Source: Eledone cirrhosa
Lineage: Eukaryota
Reading direction: 5' to 3'
Assembly: GCA_964016885.1 (NCBI GenBank)
Contig: OZ024741.1
Location: 129,952,001-130,016,000, forward strand
DNA length: 64,000 nucleotides
The notes under the pieces were generated by a model. The model ran no database searches. It saw only the letters and a list, made by a program, of their open reading frames with translations, and had not been told where the DNA came from. The position numbers and the translations under genes were made by a program. Of this stretch, positions 1-17,755 are shown one piece after another (position 1 is the stretch's first letter; the number at the start of each line of letters is the position of its first letter).

Positions 1-1728
1 GGAAGCTGAACTTGTCGTTACCGACATGCAAAGCCTACAGTAGACGGATTAGCACTTTAGTTAAGCAGCACTTGATGGGAACCATTGTCAACAACAGATG
101 GTGGTACTCTCTGAAGAGGGCAGTTAGTTAGACTCGATAGGTTTTAGTAAAGAATTAGTGTTAGATAGAAATAAGGCCGAAAAGAAACTGGTAGATAAAG
201 TAGAAGAGGCACTTAGGAGTGGCAACGTAGCCAGCGTGCTAGCGACGAGAATGGCCTTGGACCAGTTCTTCAACCTGTTCTTCGACCAGTTCTTCGACGC
301 AAAGCATGAAGGCTGCGTTGTCAGGAGCAAAATACGTGCTCTGGGAAACGAGGGAGCCAAAGCTGTTATCTGGGCTCGAGTGACGGAGGCGAAAAGTGGC
401 CACAAGTCCACGATTCGGACTTTGAAGGACCAAGACGGACGCGTGATACGTGAGTCGAAGCAGATGTGCACGGCCTTTCAGCGGCACTTTGCTCAACTGT
501 TCGGACAGGGCGGCGCGCCGGCTGGGGCTATGGATTTCGGTACATACCTCCATGGCCTGCCGCGACTCTCGGACAGCGAGGCGAAGTTCTGCGAAAGGCC
601 GATATCGGCCGCTGAGATAGGGGACGCGCTGAGCCAATGCGGCAAACGCAAATCTCCAGGTCTCGACGGTCTACCCTACGAATTTTACGTAGCAATGCCG
701 GACTTGTTCTCCGGTCTCCTGGAAACGGTCTACTGCAACCGGCAGCAGAACGGGAGAATTCCCAGTTCTGTGGACAAGGGCTTAGTCACGTTAGTCAGGA
801 AGGACGAGAATAAGGGGGATGACATAGGCAACTTCCAGCCCATAACTCTGCTGAACACAGAGTTACAGATTTTGGCAAAGAGGCTGGCGCTTGTCGTCAA
901 AAACCTGGTGGGAAATCGCAGACATGCGCAATCCCGACCAGGTTCATACACGACAACCTTCACCTCATTCGATACATCATAGAGAGGGTAGGGTGTAAAC
1001 TCGGCTTCGGTGGGGCTCTGACCAACTTGGATCAGTCTAAGGCTTTCCATAGGGTTGACCATCGTTACCTGGATGCGGTGCTCGAGGCGGCAGGCTTCAG
1101 ACCCGTGTTCAGGGGCTGGATTGTTGCAATGCACAGCAGCAACATTTGCTCAAGGGTCAAGGTGAACGGCTTTTGTCGCGGGTGGGACCAATGCAGTTGA
1201 CCACCGAGTCCATTGTCATGAACAAACCGCCACCCTCCTTCAAAAACGAGGGAGAGGCGGTTTTCCTATGTGTTATGGTTATGGTGAAATAGGTTATATG
1301 GTGGACGAGGTTAAAAGGGCTGAGGTCGGACACCTTTCTCTCCGGCGAGCAACTGATTCGTTTTTTCAAATATCATTTTGGAAGAAGAATCAAGATGGAG
1401 AGAGAAGTGCTGTACCCCAGCAAATTTTATAAAAGGTGGGTGAATGTGGCAAAGATGGCCCGAGTGGTTGGGCCTTCTCTCTATATAAGCTTGAAGGTTG
1501 AGGAAAAAGAGGAAGAGAGGAAGGGAGTACTCACTCTTGGTGCTCCTGGAGATGAGGGTTGTACATTTTTTCGGGATGTGTACAACCCCTGTGTAACCAC
1601 TCATCCCTATTGGGGATCACAATTGTTATTTGTTATTTTATTAATAGTTTTATTTTCTTATACCTGTATGTAAACTCCCCATTTGTATTTGTCCCCTTCT
1701 TTTGTCCCCTTGTGGCTAATACAAAAAT

Positions 1729-1730
<2 letters not shown>
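1..1730 (+). mobile_element. Tx1-clade LINE copy A, 3' part (runs off window start), internally deleted, ending in (ATCT)n
   Basis: ORF 158-982 is homologous to ORF2 of copies B-D (KSPGLDGLPYEFY, NFQPITLLN). The sequence jumps at ~1170 from mid-RT to the C-terminal region. The 3' end CCCTTGTGGCTAATACAAAA matches the other copies. Confidence 0.9.
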
Positions 1731-4440
<2,710 letters not shown>

Positions 4441-4539
4441 AAAAACACACAATTGTATATTCACGGTAAACAAACACTGGTACCGCACCTTACCCTTTAT
4501 CTCATATTGTGTGTGCCGCTGACTGCACCACCACAATAC

Positions 4540-7500
4540 AACCACAAGCAAAAGAAACACCACAGCCACCTCCAAAATCTGCACCAACCCCCACCAACAC
4601 CACCAATACAACCACCTCCAACAACAACACCAACCCCACCAACACTACCACCACTACCCTCCCCCATTAACAACAACACGACCAACACCACAACCACCTC
4701 CAAAATCTGCACCAACACCCACCAACACCACCACTACAACCACCTCCAACAACAACACCACCACACCAACACTACCACCACTACCCTCCCCCATTAACAA
4801 CAACACGACCAACACCACAACCACCTCCAAAATCTGCACCAACACCCACCAACACCACCACTACAACCACCTCCAACAACAACACCAACCCCACCAACAC
4901 TACCACCACTACCCTCCCCCATTAACAACAACACGACCAACACCACAGCCACCTCCAAAATCAACACCAACCCCCACCAACACCACCACTACAACCACCT
5001 CCAACAACAACACCACCCCACCAACACTACCACCACTACCCTCCCCCATTAACAACAACACGACCAACACCACAACCACCTCCAAAATCAGCACCAACCC
5101 CCACCAACACCACCACTAAAACCACCTCCAACAACAACACCAACCCCACCAACACTACCATCACTACCCTCCCCCATTAACAACAACACGACCAACACCA
5201 CAGCCACCTCCAAAATCAACACCAACCCCCACCAACACCACCACTACAACCACCTCCAACAACAATACAACCCCACCAACACTACTACCACTACCCCCCC
5301 CCCCCATTAACAACAACACGACCAACACCACAGCCACCTCCAAAATCAACACCAACCCCCACCAACACCACCATTACAACCACCTCCAACAACAACACCA
5401 CCCCACCAACACTACCACCACTACCCTCCCCCATTAACAACAACACGACCAACACCACAACCACCTCCAAAATCAGCACCAACCCCCACCAACACCACCA
5501 CTACAACCACCTCCAACAACAGCACCAACCCCACCAACACTACCACCACTACCCTCCCCCATTAACAACAACACGACCAACACCACAGCCACCTCCAAAA
5601 TCAGCACCAACCCCCACCAACACCACCACTACAACCACCTCCAACAACCCCACCAACACCCCACCAACACTACCACCACTACCCTCCCCCATTAACAACA
5701 ACACGACCAACACCACAGCCACCTCCAAAATCAGCACCAACCCCCACCAACACCACCACTACAACCACCTCCAACAACAACACCAACCCAACCAACACTA
5801 CCACCACTACCCTCCCCCATTAACAACAACACGACCAACACCACAACCACCTCCAAAATCAGCACCAACCCCCACCAACACCACCACTACAACCACCTCC
5901 AACGACAATACAACCCCACCAACACTACCACCACTACGCTCCCCCATTTACAACAACACGACCAACACCACAACCACCTCCAAAATTAACACCAGCCCCG
6001 AACAACACCACCACTACAACCACCTCCAACACCCCCCCACCAACACTACCACCACTACCCCCCCCATTAACAACAACAAGTCCAACACGATAGCCACCTC
6101 CAAAATCAGCATCAACCCCCACCAACACCACCACTACAACCACCTCCAACCCCCCCCCCACACTACCACCACTACCCCCCCCATTAACAACAACACGACC
6201 AACACCACAGCCACCTCCAAAATCAGCACCAACCCCCACCAACACCACCAATACAACCAGCTCCAACAACAACAACAACCCCACCAACACTACCACCACT
6301 ACGCTCCCCCATTTACAACAACACGACCAACACCACAACCACCTCCAAAATTAACACCAGCCCCGAACAACACCACCACTACAACCACCTCCAACCCCCC
6401 CCCCCCCCCACACTACCACCACTACCCCCCCCATTAACAACAACAAGTCCAACACCATAGCCACCTCCAAAATCAGCACCAACCCCTCCAACACCACCAT
6501 TACAACCACCTCCAACAACAACACCAACCCCACCAACACTACCACCACTACTCTCCCCCATTAACAACAACACGACCAACACCACAACCACCTCCAAAAT
6601 CAGCACCAACCCCCACCAACACTACCACCACTACTCTCCCCCATTAACAACAACACGACCAACACCACAGCCACCTCCAAAATCAGCACCAACCCCCACC
6701 AACACCACCACTACAACCACCTCCAACAACAACAACAACCCCACCAACACTACCACCACTACTCTCCCCCATTAACAACAACACGACCAACACCAGAACC
6801 ACCTCCAAAATCAGCACCAACCCCCACCGACACCACCACCACAGCCATCTCCAACAACAACGCCACCCCACCAGCACTACCACCACTACTCTCCCCATTG
6901 ACAACAACAAGACCAATACCACAGCCACCTCCAAAAGCAGCACCAACCCCCACCAACACCACCACCACAGCCACCTCCAACAACAACACCACCCCACCAA
7001 CACTACCACCACTACTCTCCCTGATTAACAACAACACGACCAACACCACAACCACCTCCAAAATCAACAACAACCCCCACCAACACCACCAATACAACCA
7101 CCTCCAACAACAACGCCAACCCCACCAACACTACCACCACTACCCTCCCCCATTAACAACAACACGACCAACACCACAGCCACCTCCAAAATCAGCACCA
7201 ACCCCCACCAACACTACCACCACTACACTGCCCCATTAACAACAACACGGCCAACACCACAACCACCTCCAAAATCAACACCCCCCCCCACCAACACTAC
7301 CACCACTACCCTCCCCCATTAACAACAACACGACCCACACCACAACCACCTCCAAAATCAGCACCAACCCCCACCAACAGCACCACTACAACACCTCCAA
7401 CAACAACACAAACCCCACCAACACTACCACCACTACCTCCCCCATTAACAACAACACGACCAACACCACAGCCACCTCCAAAATCAGCACCAACCCCCAC

Positions 7501-10500
7501 CAACACCACCACTACAACCACCTCCAACAACAACACAAACCCCACCAACACTACCACCACTACCTCCCCCATTAACAACAACACGACCAACACCACAACC
7601 ACCTCCAACAACAACACCAACCCCCACCAACACCACCACTACAACCACCTCCAACAACAGCACCAACCCCACCAACACTACCACCACTACCCTCCCCCAT
7701 TAACAACAACACGACCAACACCACAACCACCTCCAAAATCAGCACCAACCCCCACCAACACCACCACTACAACCACCTCCAACAACAATACAACCCCACC
7801 AACACTACCACCACTACCCTCCACCATTTACAACAACACGACCAACACCACAGCCACCTCCAAAATCAGCACCAACCCCCACCAACACCACCACTACAAC
7901 CACCTCCAACAACAGCACCAACCCCACCAACACTACCACCACTACCCTCCACCATTTACAACAACACGACCAACACCACAGCCACCTCCAAAATCAGCAC
8001 CAACCCCCACCAACACCACCACTACAACCACCTCCAACAACAGCACCAACCCCACCAACACTACCACCACTACCCTCCCCCATTAACAACAACACGACCA
8101 ACACCACAACCACCTCCAAAATCAGCACCAACCCCCACCAACACCACCACTAAAACCACCTCCAACAACAACACCAACCCCACCAACACTACCATCACTA
8201 CCCTCCCCCATTAACAACAACACGACCAACACCACAGCCACCTCCAAAATCAACACCAACCCCCACCAACACCACCACTACAACCACCTCCAACAACAAT
8301 ACAACCCCACCAACACTACTACCACTACCCCCCCCCCATTAACAACAACACGACCAACACCACAGCCACCTCCAAAATCAACACCAACCCCCACCAACAC
8401 CACCATTACAACCACCTCCAACAACAACACCACCCCACCAACACTACCACCACTACCCTCCCCCATTAACAACAACACGACCAACACCACAACCACCTCC
8501 AAAATCAGCACCAACCCCCACCAACACCACCACTACAACCACCTCCAACAACAGCACCAACCCCACCAACACTACCACCACTACCCTCCCCCATTAACAA
8601 CAACACGACCAACACCACAGCCACCTCCAAAATCAGCACCAACCCCCACCAACACCACCATTACAACCACCTCCAACAACAACACCACCCCACCAACACT
8701 ACCACCACTACCCTCCCCCATTAACAACAACACGACCAACACCACAACCACCTCCAAAATCAGCACCAACCCCCACCAACACCACCACTACAACCACCTC
8801 CAACAACCCCACCAACACCCCACCAACACTACCACCACTACCCTCCCCCATTAACAACAACACGACCAACACCACAACCACCTCCAAAATCAGCACCAAC
8901 CCCCACCAACACCACCACTACAACCACCTCCAACAACAACACCAACCCAACCAACACTACCACCACTACCCTCCCCCATTAACAACAACACGACCAACAC
9001 CACAACCACCTCCAAAATCAGCACCAACCCCCACCAACACCACCACTACAACCACCTCCAACGACAATACAACCCCACCAACACTACCACCACTACGCTC
9101 CCCCATTTACAACAACACGACCAACACCACAACCACCTCCAAAATTAACACCAGCCCCGAACAACACCACCACTACAACCACCTCCAACCCCCCCCCCCC
9201 CCAACACTACCACCACTACCCCCCCCCATTAACAACAACAAGTCCAACACGATAGCCACCTCCAAAATCAGCATCAACCCCCACCAACACCACCACTACA
9301 ACCACCTCCAACAACCCCCCCCACACTACCACCACTACCCCCCCCATTAACAACAACACGACCAACACCACAGCCACCTCCAAAATCAGCACCAACCCCC
9401 ACCAACACCACCAATACAACCAGCTCCAACAACAACAACAACCCCACCAACACTACCACCACTACGCTCCCCCATTTACAACAACACGACCAACACCACA
9501 ACCACCTCCAAAATTAACACCAGCCCCGAACAACACCACCACTACAACCACCTCCCCCCCCCCCCCCCACACTACCACCACTACCCCCCCCATTAACAAC
9601 AACAAGTCCAACACCATAGCCACCTCCAAAATCAGCACCAACCCCTCCAACACCACCATTACAACCACCTCCAACAACAACACCAACCCCACCAACACTA
9701 CCACCACTACTCTCCCCCATTAACAACAACACGACCAACACCACAACCACCTCCAAAATCAGCACCAACCCCCACCAACACTACCACCACTACTCTCCCC
9801 CATTAACAACAACACGACCAACACCACAGCCACCTCCAAAATCAGCACCAACCCCCACCAACACCACCACTACAACCACCTCCAACAACAACAACAACCC
9901 CACCAACACTACCACCACTACTCTCCCCCATTAACAACAACACGACCAACACCAGAACCACCTCCAAAATCAGCACCAACCCCCACCGACACCACCACCA
10001 CAGCCATCTCCAACAACAACGCCACCCCACCAGCACTACCACCACTACTCTCCCCATTGACAACAACAAGACCAATACCACAGCCACCTCCAAAAGCAGC
10101 ACCAACCCCCACCAACACCACCACCACAGCCACCTCCAACAACAACACCACCCCACCAACACTACCACCACTACTCTCCCTGATTAACAACAACACGACC
10201 AACACCACAACCACCTCCAAAATCAACAACAACCCCCACCAACACCACCAATACAACCACCTCCAACAACAACGCCAACCCCACCAACACTACCACCACT
10301 ACCCTCCCCCATTAACAACAACACGACCAACACCACAGCCACCTCCAAAATCAGCACCAACCCCCACCAACACTACCACCACTACACTGCCCCATTAACA
10401 ACAACACGGCCAACACCACAACCACCTCCAAAATCAACACCCCCCCCCCCACCAACACTACCACCACTATCCTCCCCCATTAACAACAACACGACCCACA

Positions 10501-13500
10501 CCACAACCACCTCCAAAATCAGCACCAACCCCCACCAACAGCACCACTACAACACCTCCAACAACAACACAAACCCCACCAACACTACCACCACTACCTC
10601 CCCCATTAACAACAACACGACCAACACCACAACCACCTCCAACAACAACACCAACCCCCACCAACACCACCACTACAACCACCTCCAACAACAGCACCAA
10701 CCCCACCAACACTACCACCACTACCCTCCCCCATTAACAACAACACGACCAACACCACAGCCACCTCCAAAATCAGCACCAACCCCCACCAACACCACCA
10801 CTACAACCACCTCCAACAACAGCACCAACCCCACCAACACTACCACCACTACCCTCCACCATTTACAACAACACGACCAACACCACAGCCACCTCCAAAA
10901 TCAGCACCAACCCCCACCAACACCACCACTACAACCACCTCCAACAACAGCACCAACCCCACCAACACTACCACCACTACCCTCCACCATTTACAACAAC
11001 ACGACCAACACCACAGCCACCTCCAAAATCAGCACCAACCCCCACCAACACCACCACTACAACCACCTCCAACAACAGCACCAACCCCACCAACACTACC
11101 ACCACTACCCTCCACCATTTACAACAACACGACCAACACCACAGCCACCTCCAAAATCAGCACCAACCCCCACCAACACCACCACTACAACACCTCCAAC
11201 AACAACACCAACCCCCACCAACACCACCACTACAACCACCTCCAACAACAGCACCAACCCCACCAACACTACCACCACTACCCTCCACCATTTACAACAA
11301 CACGACCAACACCACAACCACCTCCAAAATCAACACCAACCCCCACCAACACCACCACTACAACCACCTCCAACAACAACACCAACCCCACCAACACTAC
11401 CACCACTACCCTCCACCATTTACAACAACACGACCAACACCACAGCCACCTCCAAAATCAGCACCAACCCCCACCAACACCACCACTACAACCACCTCCA
11501 ACAACAACACCAACCCCACCAACACTACCACCACTACCCTCCACCATTTACAACAACACGACCAACACCACCACTACAACCACCTCCAACAACAGCACCA
11601 ACCCCACCAACACTACCACCACTACCCTCCCCCATTAACAACAACACGACCAACACCACAGCCACCTCCAAAATCAGCACCAACCCCCACCAACACCACC
11701 ACTACAACCACCTCCAACAACAGCACCAACCCCACCAACACTACCACCACTACCCTCCCCCATTAACAACAACACGACCAACACCACAACCACCTCCAAA
11801 ATCAACACCAACCCCCACCAACACCACCACTACAACCACCTCCAACAACAGCACCAACCCCACCAACACTACCACCACTACCCTCCCCCATTAACAACAA
11901 CACGACCAACACCACAACCACTTCCCAAATCACCACCAACCCCCACCAACACCACCACTACAACCACCTCCAACAACAGCACCAACCCCACCAACACTAC
12001 CACCACTACCCTCCCCCATTAACAACAACACGACCAACACCACAGCCACCTCCAAAATCAGCACCAACCCCCACCAACACCACCACTACAACCACCTCCA
12101 ACAACAGCACCAACCCCACCAACACTACCACCACTACCCTCCACCATTTACAACAACACGACCAACACCACAGCCACCTCCAAAATCAACACCAACCCCC
12201 ACCAACACCACCACTACAACCACCTCCAACAACAACAACACCAACCCCACCAACACTACCACCACTCCTCTCCCCCATTAACAACAACACGACCAACACC
12301 ACAGCCACCTCCAAAATCAGCACCAACCCCCACCAACACCACCACTACAACCACCTCCAACAACAGCACCAACCCCACCAACACTACCACCACTACCCTC
12401 CCCCATTAACAACAACACGACCAACACCACAGCCACCTCCAAAATCAGCACCAACCCCCACCAACACCACCACTACAACCACCTCCAACAACAACAACAC
12501 CAACCCCACCAACACTACCACCACTACCCTACCCCATTAACAACAACACGACCAACACCACAGCCACCTCCAAAATCAACACCAACCCCCACCAACACCA
12601 CCACTACAACCACCTCCAACAACAACAACACCAACCCCACCAACACTACCACCACTACCCTCCCCCATTAACAACAACACGACCAACACCACAGCCACCT
12701 CCAAAATCAGCACCAACCCCCACCAACACCACCACTACAACCACCTCCAACAACAACAACACCAACCCCACCAACACTACCACCACTACCCTCCCCCATT
12801 AACAACAACACGACCAACACCACAGCCACCTCCAAAATCAGCACCAACCCCCACCAACACCACCACTACAACCACCTCCAACAACCCCACCAACACCAAC
12901 CCCACCAACACTACCACCACTCCTCTCCCCCATTAACAACAACACAACCAACACCACAGCCACCTCCAAAATCAAGACCAACCCCCACCAACACCACCAC
13001 TACAACCACCTCCAACAACAACACCAACCCCACCAACACTACCACCACTACTCTCCCCCATTAACAACAACACGACCAACACCACAGCCACCTCCAAAAT
13101 CAGCACCAACCCCCACCAACACCACCACTACAACCACCTCCAACAACAACAACAACCCCACCAACACTACCACCACTCCTCTCCCCCATTAACAACAACA
13201 CAACCAACACCACAGCCACCTCCAAAATCAAGACCAACCCCCACCAACACCACCACTACAACACCTCCAACAACAACACCAACCCCACCAACACTACCAC
13301 CACTCCTCTCCCCCATTAACAACAACACGACCAACACCACAGCCACCTCCAAAATCAGCACCAACCCCCACCAACACCACCACTACAACCACCTCCAACA
13401 ACAACACCAACCCCACCAACACTACCACCACTACTCTCCCCCATTAACAACAACACGACCAACACCACAGCCACCTCCAAAATCAAGACCAACCCCCACC

Positions 13501-16500
13501 AACACCACCACTACAACCACCTCCAACAACAACACCAACCCCACCAACACTACCACCACTACTCTCCCCCATTAACAACAATAAGACCAACACCACAACC
13601 ACCTCCAAAATCAGCACCAACCCCCACCAACACCACCACTACAACCACCTCCAACAACAACACCAACCCCACCAACACTACCACCACTACTCTCCCCCAT
13701 TAACAACAACACGACCAACACCACAGCCACCTCCAAAATCAAGACCAACCCCCACCAACACCACCACTACAACCACCTCCAACAACAACACCAACCCCAC
13801 CAACACTACCACCACTACCCTCCCCCATTAACAACAACACGACCAACACCACAACCACCTCCAAAATCAGCACCAACCCCCACCAACACCACCAATACAA
13901 CCACCTCCAACAACACCAACCCCACCAACACTACCACCACTACGCTCCCCCATTAACAACAACACGACCAACACCACAACCACCTCCAAAATCAGCACCA
14001 ACCCCCACCAACACCACCACTACAACCACCTCCAACAACAACACCACCCCACCAACACTACCACCACTACCCTCCCCCATTAACAACAACACGACCAACA
14101 CCACAACCACCTCCAAAATCACCACCAACCCCCACCAACACCACCAATACAACCACCTCCAACAACACCAACCCCACCAACACTACCACCACTACCCTCC
14201 CCCATTAACAACAACACGACCAACACCACAGCCACCTCCAAAATCACCACCAACCCCCACCAACACCACCACTACAACACCTCCAACAACAACACCAACC
14301 CCCACCAACACCACCACTACAACCACCTCCAACAACAGCACCAACCCCACCAACACTACCACCACTACCCTCCACCATTTACAACAACACGACCAACACC
14401 ACAACCACTTCCCAAATCACCACCAACCCCCACCAACACCACCACTACAACCACCTCCAACAACAGCACCAACCCCACCAACACTACCACCACTACCCTC
14501 CCCCATTAACAACAACACGACCAACACCACAGCCACCTCCAAAATCAGCACCAACCCCCACCAACACCACCACTACAACCACCTCCAACAACAGCACCAA
14601 CCCCACCAACACTACCACCACTACCCTCCCCCATTAACAACAACACGACCAACACCACAGCCACCTCCAAAATCAGCACCAACCCCGACCAACACCACCA
14701 CTACAACCACCTCCAACAACAGCACCAACCCCACCAACACTACCACCACTACCCTCCACCATTTACAACAACACGACCAACACCACAGCCACCTCCAAAA
14801 TCAAGACCAACCCCCACCAACACCACCACTACAACCACCTCCAACAACAGCACCAACCCCACCAACACTACCACCACTACCCTCCACCATTTACAACAAC
14901 ACGACCAACACCACAGCCACCTCCAAAATCAGCACCAACCCCCACCAACACCACCACTACAACCACCTCCAACAACAGCACCAACCCCACCAACACTACC
15001 ACCACTACCCTCCCCCATTAACAACAACACGACCAACACCACAGCCACCTCCAAAATCAGCACCAACCCCGACCAACACCACCACTACAACCACCTCCAA
15101 CAACAGCACCAACCCCACCAACACTACCACCACTACCCTCCACCATTTACAACAACACGACCAACACCACAGCCACCTCCAAAATCAAGACCAACCCCCA
15201 CCAACACCACCACTACAACCACCTCCAACAACAACAACACCAACCCCACCAACACTACCACCACTCCTCTCCCCCATTAACAACAACACAACCAACACCA
15301 CAGCCACCTCCAAAATCAAGACCAACCCCCACCAACACCACCACTACAACCACCTCCAACAACAACAACACCAACCCCACCAACACTACCACCACTCCTC
15401 TCCCCCATTAACAACAACACAACCAACACCACAGCCACCTCCAAAATCAAGACCAACCCCCACCAACACCACCACTACAACCACCTCCAACAACAACACC
15501 AACCCCACCAACACTACCACCACTACCCTCCCCCATTAACAACAACACGACCAACACCACAACCACCTCCAAAATCAGCACCAACCCCCACCAACACCAC
15601 CAATACAACCACCTCCAACAACACCAACCCCACCAACACTACCACCACTACGCTCCCCCATTAACAACAACACGACCAACACCACAACCACCTCCAAAAT
15701 CAGCACCAACCCCCACCAACACCACCACTACAACCACCTCCAACAACAACACCACCCCACCAACACTACCACCACTACCCTCCCCCATTAACAACAACAC
15801 GACCAACACCACAACCACCTCCAAAATCACCACCAACCCCCACTAACACCACCAATACAACCACCTCCAACAACACCAACCCCACCAACACTACCACCAC
15901 TACCCTCCCCCATTAACAACAACACGACCAACACCACAGCCACCTCCAAAATCACCACCAACCCCCACCAACACCACCACTACAACACCTCCAACAACAA
16001 CACCAACCCCCACCAACACCACCACTACAACCAACTCCAACAACAACACAAACCCCACCAACACTACCACCACTACCCTCCCCCATTAACAACAACACGA
16101 CCAACACCACAACCACCTCCAAAATCACCACCAGCCACCATCAACACCACCACTACAACCACCTCCAACAACAACACCAACCCCACCAACACTACCACCA
16201 CTACCCTCCCCCATTAACAACAACACGACCAACACCACAACCACCTCCAAAATCAGCACCAACCCCCACCAACACCACCACTACAACCACCTCCAACAAC
16301 AACACCAACCCCACCAACACTACCACCACTACCCTCCCCCATTAACAACAACACGACCAACACCACAACCACCTCCAAAATCAACACCAACCCCCATCAA
16401 CACCACCATTACAACCACCTCCAACAACAACACCACCCCACCAACACTACCACCACTACCCTCCCCCATTTACAACAACACGACCAACACCTCTGCCACC
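4540..16500. repeat. Tandem satellite, 127-128 bp unit, C/A-rich top strand, with higher-order duplications
   Basis: The landmark CCCCCATTAACAACAACACGACC recurs with its TAA at 4668, 4795 and 4923 (period 127, 128). Identical ORF translations are offset by 3159 bp (6683/9842, 6898/10057). Confidence 0.97.
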
Positions 16501-16633
16501 ACCAAAAATAAAATAGCACCCCCAACAACATCACAACACCACCCTTAACATTTCCACCACCAACACTATAATCACCAACACCTCCACCACCACTATTCCC
16601 ATTTTCTCCACCACCACCGAAAACAACACCACA

Positions 16634-16860
16634 TTCTTCTTCTTCTTCTTCTTCTTCTTCTTCTTCTTCTTCTTCTTCTTTTTCTTTTTCTTTTTCTTTT
16701 TCTTTTTCTTTTTCTTCTTCTTCTTCTTCTTCTTCTTCTTCTTCTTCTTCTTCTTCTTCTTCTTCTTCTTCTTCTTCTTCTTCTTCTTTTTCTTTTTCTT
16801 TTTCTTTTTCTTTTTCTTCTTCTTCTTCTTCTTCTTCTTCTTCTTCTTCTTCTTCTTCTC
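16634..16860. repeat. (TTC)n/(TTTTTC)n polypyrimidine microsatellite
   Basis: Direct reading. Confidence 0.95.
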
Positions 16861-17353
16861 ACGCTACCACGTCTTCCTTTCCACCAGTACCGCCGCCACT
16901 ACTCCAACCACCACCAATGCCACCACCACCACCACCACCACCACCGCCACCACCACCAATACGCCACCACCACCACCACCACCACCATCATCATCACCAC
17001 CACCACCACGGCCACCACCTCCACCACCCACCACCACCACCACTACCAGCAACAGCAGCAGCATTTTCGCAACCACCACCAACACCAACACATATATCTC
17101 TGCGATGTGTGTAGTTATTTCTATGTGTACGTGCGCTTATGTATGTACATGGGTGTATGCCTACATGTGTTTGCGGATTTGCACATACTTATATACATTT
17201 CTATGTGCGCACATGTATGTGTGTGAATCTATGAGTATTTGTGTGTTTGTGTCTGCATATTCTTCTCCATATGTGCATGCATGTGTGTCTGATAAACTTT
17301 AACAACAACAACAACAACTACTACTACTACTACTACTAATATTATTATTATTA

Positions 17354-17539
17354 TCGGTAGAGGGTCAGACGCCATGCTTTGCAGCACAGTTACGCCCCTT
17401 TACGAACTGAGGTCAAATCCCGCCGAGGTTAACTTTGCCTTTCATACAGGGTCGATAAAATAAAGTACCAGTAATGTACTGTGTAATTGTTGGCCTTGTG
17501 CCAAAAGTAGAAACAATTATTATTATTATTATTATTATT
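17354..17539 (+). mobile_element. tRNA-derived SINE, MetaSINE-like core, (ATT)n tail
   Basis: B-box-like GGTCAAATCCC, core GCCTTTCAT..GGGTCGATAAAATAAAGTACCAG, and end GGCCTTGTGCCAAAAGTAGAAACA(ATT)n. Several copies occur in the window. Confidence 0.85.
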
Positions 17540-17755
17540 GAATGCCATGGTTGACGGAGGCTCGGCTCTGTAAGGTATAGTAATTTTTAACCGTTAAAAC
17601 AATTGTAAATTGTTTAAAACTTGAACCAAATTGTTGATAAAGACACCCTCCTCCTCGTGAGAGGGGTCTTTCTGTCCGTTATTTGGCCCTTCGGGGTTAA
17701 ATAACCAGTTATTGGGGTTTTGTACCCAAAATTTCATTTTAAACAAAAAAACAAC

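Noticed and set aside
16593-16862. Poly-Arg/Lys protamine-like ORF
   Set aside because: It is a pure (GAA)n/(GAAAAA)n microsatellite.
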